Positions 1-9,021 are shown, numbered from the stretch's first letter. The stretch: 38,663 nt of DNA from Candidatus Omnitrophota bacterium (GCA_028687345.1 JAQUAH010000001.1:1-38663); one strand, 5' to 3'. The notes: generated by a model from the sequence alone, not told the origin. Numbers and translations are program-made.

Positions 1-2
1 AA

Positions 3-1124
3 ATTTACGTTACAGAAGAAAGTTACGGCTTCCTTACCAGCCTGGATACACTTATTGAGTCATATTCCGGAGACAATTCTGGCGACAGGGATTATCAGTA
101 TTGGGATAGAAGCCATAACCTTAAAGAAGATTATCGTAATAAGACAAGGTACGGCGTTTCCGGGAAAGAACTGGAACTGCCGGCCCTTACCTTAATTGCC
201 ATCCTGAATAATGCCTTAAAAAAGATTGAAAGAGGGCTTGCAAAGGCATTTGATACTAAAAGAGGAGTTTATTATTCCTATTTTATAAATGAAGTCAAAG
301 AGCATGAAATTATCAAAGAGCATTTTGTAATGCCTAAAAAATTCGCACTCAAGAAACTCCCCTTATTTTTAGAGGGCCAGATGCACGCCCTTCGCTTAAG
401 CAAAAACCCAAAGGAAGCCGGTTCACTTTATAAAGGGACTAAACTAAGCGGCCTTTACGATAAAAATCTTAAAAGCTACAAGGTGACTGCTGCATTGGCT
501 GGCGAACCACTTGAAATCGGAAGATGCCGGGTATTTACTCCGGGGTGGCTGGAAAATGAATCTATATGGCTGCACATGGAGTATAAGTATCTCCTGGAAG
601 TCCTAAAAAGCGGTTTATACGAAGAATTTTACCAGGACTTTAAAAATGCGCTGGTTCCTTTTCAGGACCCGCAAAAATACGGCCGCAGCATCCTGGAGAA
701 CTCTTCTTTTATGGTCAGCAGCGCCTTTCCCGATAAAAAATTACACGGAAACGGCTTTGTGGCGCGGCTCTCCGGCTCAACCGCAGAATTTCTACAGATG
801 TGGTTAATTATGAATTCCGGGAAAACACCGTTTTTCCTGAATGAACGAAATGAGCTAAACCTGCGCCTGCAGCCGCTTCTTGCAGGCTGGTTATTTGACA
901 GGCAAGGAAATTACAGCTTTAATTTCCTGGGGCAGGTTTATGTAGTTTATCACAATCCTAAAAGAAAGAATACCTTTGGCAGTAATTCTGTGAAGCCCAA
1001 AAAGATAATCTTTAATGACGCCAAGGGAAACCCGATAGAAATCCCTTCCGGTATTATCCCCTCGCCTTTTGCCGAACAGGTTCGTTCACGCAAAATTAAA
1101 CGTATTGATTTATATCTGGAGTGA
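3..1124 (+). CDS. 5'-truncated CDS running off the window start; C-terminal part of a large glycoside hydrolase/phosphorylase-like protein (product tentative)
   Basis: The ORF track starts at Met 330. I translated the same frame by hand from nt 3 to 330 and found no stop (IYVTEESYGFLTSLDTLIESYSGDNSGDRDYQYWDR...), so the gene begins upstream of the window. The segment GRSILENSSFMVSSAFPDKKLHGNGFVARLSGSTAEFLQMW, followed by a beta-rich tail, resembles from memory the catalytic-barrel end and C-terminal sandwich of GH94-type phosphorylases (NSWLTGTAAW-like motif). The family call is weak. Confidence 0.55.
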   Translation: MYVTEESYGFLTSLDTLIESYSGDNSGDRDYQYWDRSHNLKEDYRNKTRYGVSGKELELPALTLIAILNNALKKIERGLAKAFDTKRGVYYSYFINEVKEHEIIKEHFVMPKKFALKKLPLFLEGQMHALRLSKNPKEAGSLYKGTKLSGLYDKNLKSYKVTAALAGEPLEIGRCRVFTPGWLENESIWLHMEYKYLLEVLKSGLYEEFYQDFKNALVPFQDPQKYGRSILENSSFMVSSAFPDKKLHGNGFVARLSGSTAEFLQMWLIMNSGKTPFFLNERNELNLRLQPLLAGWLFDRQGNYSFNFLGQVYVVYHNPKRKNTFGSNSVKPKKIIFNDAKGNPIEIPSGIIPSPFAEQVRSRKIKRIDLYLE

Positions 1125-1138
1125 ATTCACTTAGAAAC

Positions 1139-3928
1139 TTAGAATTTGCGGCGGTAATATAAACGAAAGATATGCTGCGTATCGATGGTTCTGAGGCTTC
1201 CTCCGAAAGGATCCCATCCCACTGTAAGCACCCCGCCCATATACGGGTCCCTGCTTGCTTCGCCGTATTGAAAGGTCAAATCTTCGTCTTCTGATCTGCG
1301 GTAAGTAAATTCAGTAAACCAATTATGGTGGCCTGAGACTTTATTTATATTCTGCACAATGCTATCCAGGTCCTGCCAGCGGGAATAAGTGTATTTAAAG
1401 AAAAAACTGAGTTTGGGCATAGGCGTATATGCAAGCTCAAAGCCGATATGGTTCATATTATCATCCACCTGGCCTGCTTTTTCATAAGGGTTACGGGTAT
1501 AATCCAAATAAAGATCCAATTTCTCCATTGGGCTAAACTTAAGTCCGGTTTTAAAGATATTGTAATAAGGATAGGGAGGCCTCGGGAAATGTTCTTGGTC
1601 TGTAAGCCAATTGCGCACATCCCTATAAGTACTATCGCCCTCATAAGTAAGGTATGAACGGTCTCCTTCTTCTAATATACCGCGGGGAAAGTTATCATAG
1701 GCAAGCGAAATATCATTTGTTATCTCCCAGATGCCGCCTAAGGACAACCAATCAAAAAAGGCATATTCTAAACCCAGGGAACCGGTTCCTATGGACGGAT
1801 CTTTTCCGTCTTCAATATATGAATTGTCGTAATATGTCCTGGTGCGCGGGTTGAAAATAAACGGGTCAATTCCGCCTTTGGTCTTGGGCATCTTTTGATA
1901 AATACCCAAAGCCTTTGTGGTAAGTTTATCGTTAATCTTAAAGGTAATCTCATCTCTGGTAACGTTCTCCAGAAATTTCCCGTTTGAGGCATGGACATTA
2001 CGGACATCAAAGAGATTGTTTACTTTTTTATCCCAAAGCAAAGATTCTACGCGCAAGCCAAATGTGCTGCGGCCGATATCAATACCGTTTCCCACGCCAA
2101 AATTCTTAATATCATCCCAGGTTAATAACTGGCCTTCCCCCTGATAATAATATTTCAGGGGCTCCCGGAAATGCAGGTGCCTTGCCCACCATTCATCATC
2201 GCGCGTTTCTCCGTAAGAAGAAAGCGAGGCATCAAAAGAATCATCCATGCGCACTGCAAACAGGCGAAACTTAGTAAAAAACGGCTCATCTTTTGCCGGT
2301 TGAATTCCAAAATAACCGTTCTCAGTGTCTATGATACTTTGAGCAGGGAACCTGCCTAAAAGAGAAACATGATATGCATGGCCGCGCATCCTGCTCTTAA
2401 ACTGGGAATTAGTAATATCATATTCTGACTGGGAATATGCTGTTTCAAAATTAGCCCTTATGCCCTCAATAATCTCATAGCCTAAATCCGTGCCTATTGT
2501 ATAGTTCCAGGCATCAAGCCTATTATTATCATAAAGGTGATATCCAAGGCGGCCGGTATTGGTAATTCCAAGCAATAAATTATCGGATAAGGACTGTTTA
2601 AGGCGCGTCGCAGTCAAGACATTGTCAACCTGAGAGTAATCCTGCCAGAGGTCCTTGGGGGTAGCAATACTTGTTGCTAATGATGTGGCTTCGCTGGGAT
2701 TAAAATCAAAGGAAAAACCGCGTAAGGCAGTTAAACGCTGGCCTTCGCTATCCCTGGTAAAAAAAGACAGCGTATTATCCCAGTAGCCTTTGGTAAAATC
2801 CGGAGTGGCAACTCCGGAATTATAAATTCCATGTGTCCACTTATGTATCCAGGGGCTATCTTCCCACCAGATACGATTATTGGATAATGCTAAGGGGTCA
2901 TCAAAGGTTAAAGACTGGTTCTCATAAGCAATCGGAAAAATCCTAAGATTAAGATTATCCTGTTTATAATCATACCATAACTCGCGGACAGGTTGAAACT
3001 GGCGGTAAATTTTCAGGTCAGGGATATGAAAAATATCGTGAAGCCCGGTTATGGCATCGGAAAATTTGCCATTGATGTCAAAACCCCTGATCATTTCGTT
3101 GTAGAGTTTTATCTCGGGCAAAGAAAAGGAATTCCCTAACTGCTGGGTAAATATTGCTTCATTTATTACATAACCTGTATTAGACCAGTATTTCAGCTCT
3201 ATCTCCGCGCTATCGCCAAAATCACTGAAAACCGTAGTCCTGGCGCTTTTGCCGGTAAAACTCCAGGGGTCAACCGTGATATTGCTATAAAAAGCAGAGC
3301 CTTCTTCTCCTCCGGCATCAAGATTCAGCCTTAATCTGTCGTAAATTCTCGGGTCAAAAGTATTCTCCCTGCGGTCAAGCGCGGCATTGGAACGCACGCG
3401 GAAATTTTTTTCATTTAAATCCCAGTTTGCCCTCTTCCAATAACTATCCTGCGGGGTAAATCCTAAGCGTAATTGAGATTCACCGCTAATTCCGACTCCG
3501 GCAAGATTATACCTGGCCTTCTCTGGTTCTTTCTCAACGCGTAATTTAGTAGGTTCTTTTTGAGAAAAACTATTTAATGCCCGATTTATGGCAGCGTCGC
3601 GGGAAAGCATTTCTCTGGGCGCTTCTTTCACCTCTACACGCGCAGGCACCTTTTTTTCTAATATAATATTATCCCTCTGGGCAGGGCCGGCAGACTCTTT
3701 TGTAAAAATATTATTGATATATTCCCGGGCAGTCTTATTCTGGGGGTCTAAAAGCAAAACCTTTTTGAATTCCGCCAGGGCATCGTCATACCTGCCAAGA
3801 CGGTAAAAAGTAATTCCGAATTCGCAAAGATAATCTATGGCTTGAACTTCAGCGAAAACAAAAGTGGGGCTAAACAGGCAGGAACAAAGAATGAGAAGTA
3901 AAGCTAAAACCGTTGTTTGAAGTTTCAT
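1139..3928 (-). CDS. large outer-membrane beta-barrel protein with N-terminal signal peptide and a TPR motif
   Basis: The N-terminus MKLQTTVLALLLILCSCLFSPTFVFA is a signal peptide. A TPR-like motif follows (YRLGRYDDALAEFKKVLLLDPQNKTAREYI). About 800 aa rich in alternating aromatic/polar beta-strand patterns come next. The C-terminus ...FRLYYRRKF ends in Phe, typical of OMP barrels. Confidence 0.7.
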   Translation of the reverse strand: MKLQTTVLALLLILCSCLFSPTFVFAEVQAIDYLCEFGITFYRLGRYDDALAEFKKVLLLDPQNKTAREYINNIFTKESAGPAQRDNIILEKKVPARVEVKEAPREMLSRDAAINRALNSFSQKEPTKLRVEKEPEKARYNLAGVGISGESQLRLGFTPQDSYWKRANWDLNEKNFRVRSNAALDRRENTFDPRIYDRLRLNLDAGGEEGSAFYSNITVDPWSFTGKSARTTVFSDFGDSAEIELKYWSNTGYVINEAIFTQQLGNSFSLPEIKLYNEMIRGFDINGKFSDAITGLHDIFHIPDLKIYRQFQPVRELWYDYKQDNLNLRIFPIAYENQSLTFDDPLALSNNRIWWEDSPWIHKWTHGIYNSGVATPDFTKGYWDNTLSFFTRDSEGQRLTALRGFSFDFNPSEATSLATSIATPKDLWQDYSQVDNVLTATRLKQSLSDNLLLGITNTGRLGYHLYDNNRLDAWNYTIGTDLGYEIIEGIRANFETAYSQSEYDITNSQFKSRMRGHAYHVSLLGRFPAQSIIDTENGYFGIQPAKDEPFFTKFRLFAVRMDDSFDASLSSYGETRDDEWWARHLHFREPLKYYYQGEGQLLTWDDIKNFGVGNGIDIGRSTFGLRVESLLWDKKVNNLFDVRNVHASNGKFLENVTRDEITFKINDKLTTKALGIYQKMPKTKGGIDPFIFNPRTRTYYDNSYIEDGKDPSIGTGSLGLEYAFFDWLSLGGIWEITNDISLAYDNFPRGILEEGDRSYLTYEGDSTYRDVRNWLTDQEHFPRPPYPYYNIFKTGLKFSPMEKLDLYLDYTRNPYEKAGQVDDNMNHIGFELAYTPMPKLSFFFKYTYSRWQDLDSIVQNINKVSGHHNWFTEFTYRRSEDEDLTFQYGEASRDPYMGGVLTVGWDPFGGSLRTIDTQHIFRLYYRRKF

Positions 3929-3935
3929 TTTCTTT

Positions 3936-3963
3936 ATTATAAAATATTTTTTATCAATGTCAA
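3936..3963 (-). promoter_or_regulatory. near-consensus sigma70-type promoter (TTGACA-N16-TATAAT) ending 7 nt before the OMP start codon
   Basis: The minus strand reads TTGACA (3963..3958), a 16-nt spacer, TATAAT (3941..3936), AAAGAAA, then ATG (3928). There is no Shine-Dalgarno sequence in the 7 nt. A 17-bp palindrome TCAATAAATATTATTGA (3960-3976) overlaps the -35. AT-rich DNA can produce such matches by chance. Confidence 0.35.
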
Positions 3964-4050
3964 TAAATATTATTGATTAAAAATAAGGTTTTTTATATTG
4001 TAACTGGTTGGGGGTATTTGCCTTATGGATGGGCAGCGAAGGCGAGTAAA

Positions 4051-4084
4051 GAAAAAGGCTAAAACCAATCAGCCGGTTTTAGCC
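4051..4084 (-). terminator. rho-independent terminator downstream of the 113-aa ORF
   Basis: A perfect 10-bp stem pairs GGCTAAAACC (4057-4066) with GGTTTTAGCC (4075-4084), with an 8-nt loop. On the minus strand it is followed by TTTTTC (complement of 4051-4056). It lies 33 nt after the stop at 4117. Confidence 0.65.
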
Positions 4085-4116
4085 TTTATAAAATTATTTT
4101 TACTTTTTTAGAAAAA

Positions 4117-4458
4117 TTATTCGCTGCGCTTCATCAAATCCTGCGGCGCGCTGGTCAGGTAAATCTTTAAAGAGTGCATAAAAAGGATGAGAAATAACCT
4201 GCCATTTGCAACGGCGTAGATACTGCCTTTCATCCTGCAGAAAAATTTTTCTTTCTGCTTCTTTGTATTATGTTCTTTCAATACGTATAGATAGGGTGAT
4301 GGTTTTTCTAATGCCTCGCCCTGAATTTCCTTTACGATACAGGCAAAATGACGGTGGACAATGCTGCGCGTACCCTGCTTATCCACAATTTCAGAGCTGG
4401 AAATTATTCTTTTTTTTCTATCGCTTGAGGTTAAGTTTTTAAATAATAGGTCTCTCAT
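4117..4458 (-). CDS. hypothetical small basic protein (113 aa)
   Basis: The ORF is co-directional with its neighbours. An AAGGGGTG RBS-like element lies about 10 nt upstream of the ATG, and its own terminator lies downstream. I do not recognise a family (MRDLLFKNLTSSDRKKRIISSSEIVDKQG...). Confidence 0.55.
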   Translation of the reverse strand: MRDLLFKNLTSSDRKKRIISSSEIVDKQGTRSIVHRHFACIVKEIQGEALEKPSPYLYVLKEHNTKKQKEKFFCRMKGSIYAVANGRLFLILFMHSLKIYLTSAPQDLMKRSE

Positions 4459-4765
4459 AAGTCATTTCACCCCTTAAATTACCTCAATTAAAAAAAGCCG
4501 GATTGCCTTAAATAAGATTCCCTCCTATTTTTTCCCGACAATCCGGCTATCCCTTTTCCTCCGTGGCTGGTTTTTCGCCTACCTATGGCGGGGGTTGGGA
4601 TTCTTTAAATCTTTTACCCCTCATAATACTTTTATAAACCCCTTAAAAAGTTCAGAAAAAAATATACCGCTACCACATTTAAAGTATAACATTTAATCGC
4701 GTTGGTTTTCAAGGTATGGAGGAATTTATCTGAAAGCGCTTTCCTAAGTGAGCACATAAGTTATG

Positions 4766-4785
4766 CCTGCCTGCCAGCAGGCAGG
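4766..4785. repeat. GC-rich palindromic (REP-like) element, copy 1
   Basis: CCTGCCTGC-CA-GCAGGCAGG forms a 9-bp inverted repeat. It lies in the plsY-downstream intergenic gap and has the same core as the copies at 10898 and 20096. Confidence 0.6.
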
Positions 4786-4878
4786 GAGATACCACTTATT
4801 TGGCTAGTCGACAAACTTATTGTGCGAAGTTACACAAACTTCAATATAAGCCGTTTAAAGTAGTTTGTGCGGAAATGA

Positions 4879-5475
4879 TTAAAACAATCGTGGCTCTTTA
4901 CCTTGAAATATTCTTTTTATGTTGGATTTGTGGCGGATTAAGGCAAAAATGCAGAGTAAAATACCGGAGAATACCAAAATCTTTGATTGCTTAAAGAGAA
5001 TGCTATAAACCGGCAAGGCAATGACGGTTAAAATAGAGGCAAAAGAAACTATTCGTGTGAGCACAAAGACGACCACCCAGGTCAGGATTAACAGGCCCAC
5101 AATTAATTTTAAACCGGCTATTTTAACGGATAACCCTATTAATACGCCAAAGGTAGTCGCAATGCCTTTGCCGCCTTTAAATTTTAAAAATATAGTCCAA
5201 TTGTGCCCGCATATGCAGGCCAATCCAAGTATGATACGCAGCGTATCCTGCGGCACAGGAATAAACACCACAGCTACAAAACCTTTAAGAACATCCAGAA
5301 CCAATACCGCCACACCCCACCCCTTACCCAGGACGCGCAGGGCATTGGTTGCGCCTATGTTTCCGGAACCGAATTTACGTATATCTATGCCTTTTAATAA
5401 ACGGCCGAATATGTAAGCGGTAGGTATAGAACCTAAAAGATAACTAATGACTATTCCTGGAATTATCTGCAGCAT
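4879..5475 (-). CDS. plsY: acyl-phosphate:glycerol-3-phosphate acyltransferase PlsY
   Basis: SYLLGSIPTAYIFGRLLKGIDIRKFGSGNIGATNALRVLGKGWG is the hallmark PlsY N-terminal region. The protein is a 198-aa polytopic membrane protein. Confidence 0.9.
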   Translation of the reverse strand: MLQIIPGIVISYLLGSIPTAYIFGRLLKGIDIRKFGSGNIGATNALRVLGKGWGVAVLVLDVLKGFVAVVFIPVPQDTLRIILGLACICGHNWTIFLKFKGGKGIATTFGVLIGLSVKIAGLKLIVGLLILTWVVVFVLTRIVSFASILTVIALPVYSILFKQSKILVFSGILLCIFALIRHKSNIKRIFQGKEPRLF

Positions 5476-6007
5476 ACAGAATCTTAAACCCCCTCATAAT
5501 GTAATCTATCCCCGATATAATTGTGAAAATCACCGCCAGCCACCAAAATACAAATGAAAAATACAGCTGCAGGAGAACAGCTATCACTGCTGACATCTGA
5601 AAAGTGGTTGTAAGTTTTCCCCATCTCGTAGGAAAGAGCTCTATATTTTGCTTGACTATATATATCACTGCTACGCCTAAAAGGATGATTACGTCCCGGC
5701 TGATTACTATGAAAGTAACCCAAAGCGGAAACTTAAGAGTTAACTTGCTAATCGGCGAGAGAAAGATAAAGGCGCTCATCAATAACAGTTTATCGCCTAA
5801 TGGGTCTAAAACTAAGCCGGCCTTTGTCTGCTGTTTGGATTTTCTTGCGATATACCCGTCAACGGCATCGGAGATGACCCCCAGTATAAAAATAACCAAA
5901 GCAAGAAATCTTAAGAAATCCCTTTCGGGTAAATAATAAATAAGGCTGTAAATGAAAAACGGGACGGTTAATATCCTAAAAGTAGAAATCTTGTTTGCAA
6001 AGTTCAC
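5444..6007 (-). CDS. pgsA: CDP-diacylglycerol--glycerol-3-phosphate 3-phosphatidyltransferase (CDP-alcohol phosphatidyltransferase family)
   Basis: It has the CDP-alcohol phosphatidyltransferase motif DAVDGYIARKSKQQTKAGLVLDPLGDKL (DGxxAR...GxxxDxxxD). The N-terminus NKISTFRILTVPFF is typical of PgsA. It overlaps plsY by 32 nt. Confidence 0.85.
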   Translation of the reverse strand: MNFANKISTFRILTVPFFIYSLIYYLPERDFLRFLALVIFILGVISDAVDGYIARKSKQQTKAGLVLDPLGDKLLLMSAFIFLSPISKLTLKFPLWVTFIVISRDVIILLGVAVIYIVKQNIELFPTRWGKLTTTFQMSAVIAVLLQLYFSFVFWWLAVIFTIISGIDYIMRGFKILYAADNSRNSH

Positions 6008-6573
6008 TTTACTATCCTTATACGCTGAAGCGGCCAGTAAATCAACATTGCCTTGCCTAAAATATTATCCCAGGGCACAAACCCCCAATAACGGCTATCC
6101 CTGGAAGAGGCAGAATTATCCCCTAAAACGAAATAGTTGCCGGCCGGCACGGTAATCTTCTGGCCTTCCCCGGAGAAGATTCCGCGATTATAATAAAACC
6201 TCTGGCTAAAAGCAGGGTCTAACAAAGGGTGGTCATTAATATATATTGTGCCGTTTTTAATCTCTACTGTTTCACCCGGCAAGGCAACCAGCCTTTTTAT
6301 AAAATCCTTTTTATTGTCTTCGGGGTAGATAAAAACAACTACATCGCCCCTTTTAAGCTTGGCAAAAGACGGTAATCTTAAATTTGTAAAAGGGATTTTT
6401 GCTCCGTAAATAAACTTATTCACCAGTATCAAATCCCCCTCCAGAATAGTAGTCCGCATAGAACCGGTGGGTATCTTAAACGCCTGGACTATGAAGGTGC
6501 GGATAAACATTGCCAGTATTAAAGCTATAAGAATTGATTCTACCCATTCGCGGATTACGGATTTTTTTCTCAT
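6004..6573 (-). CDS. lepB: signal peptidase I
   Basis: IPTGSMRTTILEGDLILVNKF (catalytic Ser box) and GDNSASSRDSRYWGFVP are present. I set the start at the internal Met (MRKKSVIREW...) at 6573. That ATG overlaps the lepA TGA as ATGA and is preceded by GGAGG. The 30-aa extension in the ORF track lies inside lepA. Confidence 0.88.
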   Translation of the reverse strand: MRKKSVIREWVESILIALILAMFIRTFIVQAFKIPTGSMRTTILEGDLILVNKFIYGAKIPFTNLRLPSFAKLKRGDVVVFIYPEDNKKDFIKRLVALPGETVEIKNGTIYINDHPLLDPAFSQRFYYNRGIFSGEGQKITVPAGNYFVLGDNSASSRDSRYWGFVPWDNILGKAMLIYWPLQRIRIVK

Positions 6574-8366
6574 ATTTTTAAAACCTCCAAAAATGCCTCT
6601 TGCGGAATCTCCACCCTCCCGAATTGTTTCAGCCTTTTCTTGCCCTTCTTCTGCCCTTCCCAAAGTTTACGCTTGCGGGTAATATCTCCACCGTAACATT
6701 TGGCAGTGACGTGTTTACCCACAGGCCTTATTTTTTCCGAAGCTAAAATTTGGCTGCCTACAGCCGCCTGAACACTCACTTCAAATAACTGCCGCGGGAT
6801 TAACTCTTTTAACCGAGAGGCCAGTGCGTGCGCCTTAAAGCTTACCTTATCTTTATGCATCAGAGACGAGAATGCGTCGCAAATCACGCCGTTTAACATA
6901 ATATCAAGTTTTACCAATTTCGTAGGTATATACCCCTTGAATTCATAATCCAGGGAGCCGTATCCTTTAGTCAGGGATTTCATCCGGTCGTAGAAATCAA
7001 CGATAATCTCCGAGAGGGGAATATCAAAAATCAATTTTACCCTGTCCTCCCCCAGGTATTCATTGGACTTAAAAATTCCCCTGCGGGATTTAGTAAATTC
7101 GCATACGGGGTCTATCGTATCAATGGGTATAATCATCAATAAATTTACAAAAGGCTCAAAAGCTTCTTCTATATCCTGAGAGGGGGGTAATTTTGCCGGG
7201 GTATCAACTTCAACGGTTGCACCGTCCTTATTTTTTATCCTGTAAACCACGTTAGGGACGGTTAAAATTAAATTTAAATCATATTCTCTCTCCAGGCGCT
7301 CCTGCACTATCTCCATATGCAGCAGGCCTAAGAATCCGCAGCGAAAACCGCTGCCGAAAGACTGGCTGTTCTCCGGCTCAAAGATAAAAGAAGCATCTGA
7401 TAGCTTTAATTTATCCATAGCATCGCGAAGGCTGGGAAAATCTCCGGGGTTTACAGGGTATACACCGCAGAAGACCAGGGGCTTTAAGGTACGATACCCG
7501 GGCAGGGACTGCGAACACGGATTCTTTATATCCGTTACAGTATCGCCGATAATAATCTCTCTGGGGTCGCGGATATTTGCGGTAAAATATCCTACCTCTC
7601 CGCAGGACAAAGAGTCAGCCTTAAAATATTTCAAGTTCTTGAATACGCCTAATTCTTCTATCTTGTAGACTTTTCCCGAATGCATCAATTTTATATTAAT
7701 TTGAGCCGGAATATTCCCGTCCACCACGCGCACAAAAATCACTACACCTTTATAGGCATCAAAACGGCAGTCAAAAATCAGCGCCTTTAAAGGATGCGTA
7801 GCTTCTCCGGCGGGCGCAGGCACAACCTCTATTATCCTCTCTATTATTTCCTGAACCCCCCTGTTCTCTTTAGCAGAAGCCAGAAGAATCTCTTCCTCCT
7901 TAAAGCCTAAGACAGACAAAATTTGCCGTTTCACGCGCGGTATATCAATGCTCGTCAGGTCAATCTTATTTATTACCGGAATTATCGCCAGCTTATTCTG
8001 GCGCGCCAGATAGTAATTGGCAACAGTCTGGGCCTCTATCCCCTGGGCAGCATCTATTACCAGGACCGCGCCTTCACAGGCAGCTAATGATTTTGAAACC
8101 TCGTAAGTAAAATCCACGTGGCCGGGGGTATCAATAAGATTCAACACGTAATCCTTGCCATTGGCGCTATGATAGGACAATCTTACCATTGACGCCTTAA
8201 TAGTGATACCGCGCTCTTTTTCCAGGTCCATGTCATCTAATAGCTGGTTGCCTTTGTGTCTTTTATCCACAGCGCCGGTCAACTCCAGTATCCTGTCCGC
8301 CAAAGTAGATTTACCGTGGTCTATATGGGCGATTATGCTGAAATTACGAATCAGGGATTTATCCAT
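6570..8366 (-). CDS. lepA: translation elongation factor 4 (LepA)
   Basis: IRNFSIIAHIDHGKSTLADRIL, DLEKERGITIKA and LIDTPGHVDF are GTPase motifs. The length of 598 aa fits, and the conserved LepA C-terminal domain (YGGDITRKRKLWEGQKKGKKR) is present. Confidence 0.97.
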   Translation of the reverse strand: MDKSLIRNFSIIAHIDHGKSTLADRILELTGAVDKRHKGNQLLDDMDLEKERGITIKASMVRLSYHSANGKDYVLNLIDTPGHVDFTYEVSKSLAACEGAVLVIDAAQGIEAQTVANYYLARQNKLAIIPVINKIDLTSIDIPRVKRQILSVLGFKEEEILLASAKENRGVQEIIERIIEVVPAPAGEATHPLKALIFDCRFDAYKGVVIFVRVVDGNIPAQINIKLMHSGKVYKIEELGVFKNLKYFKADSLSCGEVGYFTANIRDPREIIIGDTVTDIKNPCSQSLPGYRTLKPLVFCGVYPVNPGDFPSLRDAMDKLKLSDASFIFEPENSQSFGSGFRCGFLGLLHMEIVQERLEREYDLNLILTVPNVVYRIKNKDGATVEVDTPAKLPPSQDIEEAFEPFVNLLMIIPIDTIDPVCEFTKSRRGIFKSNEYLGEDRVKLIFDIPLSEIIVDFYDRMKSLTKGYGSLDYEFKGYIPTKLVKLDIMLNGVICDAFSSLMHKDKVSFKAHALASRLKELIPRQLFEVSVQAAVGSQILASEKIRPVGKHVTAKCYGGDITRKRKLWEGQKKGKKRLKQFGRVEIPQEAFLEVLKI

Positions 8367-9021
8367 TATCAGAAATTTTTTTTAACACCGTATCTACTAC
8401 TTCTTCAATCGTCATATCTGTCGTATCAATATAAACCGCATCCTCGGCTTTTTTAAGGGGGGCAAATTCCCGTTTTGAATCCATAGTGTCGCGATTGGAA
8501 AGGTCTGTCTCAATATCGGCAAAGGTTACTTCCTGGCCAAGCTCTTTTAATTCCTTGAGCCGGCGGTTAACCCGCTCTTTAAAATTTGCGTCTAAGTAGA
8601 ATTTCTTATCTGCGTCAGGAAAAACTACTGTCCCTATATCCCGGCCGTCTAAAACCGCGCTTCCCTGCTTACCCAATTTTCTCTGCAGCTCCGACATCAC
8701 TTCTCTAACGCCCCTTATCTTTGCAATAAGGGACACAGACTTTGTTACGAAAGGCTCCCTGATTTGCGCGGTAACATCTTTATTATCCAGGAACACCCTT
8801 AACGAGCCGTCAGGATTGTTACGAAGATCAATACGGCTGGACTTGGCTGACTCGATAATACGATTTGAATCTTCGGGGCTGATTTTTCCTTCCAGCACCT
8901 TCAAGGTTAATGCCCGATACATTGCCCCGGTATCTATATAAAGAAAGCCCAATTTCTGGGCTATCATCCTGGCAATCGTGCTCTTGCCTGCGCCAGCAGG
9001 CCCGTCAATAGCGATAATCAT
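8359..9021 (-). CDS. cmk: cytidylate kinase
   Basis: MIIAIDGPAGAGKSTIARMIAQKLGFLYIDTGAMYRA contains a P-loop and the Cmk signature. Length is 220 aa. Confidence 0.95.
   Translation of the reverse strand: MIIAIDGPAGAGKSTIARMIAQKLGFLYIDTGAMYRALTLKVLEGKISPEDSNRIIESAKSSRIDLRNNPDGSLRVFLDNKDVTAQIREPFVTKSVSLIAKIRGVREVMSELQRKLGKQGSAVLDGRDIGTVVFPDADKKFYLDANFKERVNRRLKELKELGQEVTFADIETDLSNRDTMDSKREFAPLKKAEDAVYIDTTDMTIEEVVDTVLKKISDNG

Noticed and set aside
4459-4878. Known RNA families (tmRNA, SRP/4.5S, 6S, c-di-GMP-I, fluoride, ZTP, preQ1 riboswitches) in the long gap
   Set aside because: I could not find their diagnostic blocks by eye. That includes the tRNA-like GGUUCGAAUCC end of tmRNA, the GGAAGCAGCC SRP motif and the ACGCAAAGC GEMM motif. 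The region is reported only as an unclassified candidate.
4800-4994. Plus-strand 64-aa ORF spanning the plsY 3' end
   Set aside because: It overlaps the strongly supported plsY on the opposite strand. It has no RBS and a low-complexity product.
6574-6663. N-terminal 30 aa extension of the signal peptidase ORF
   Set aside because: It lies inside the lepA coding sequence. The Met at 6573 forms an ATGA overlap with the lepA stop, has a GGAGG RBS and gives a normal LepB N-terminal anchor.
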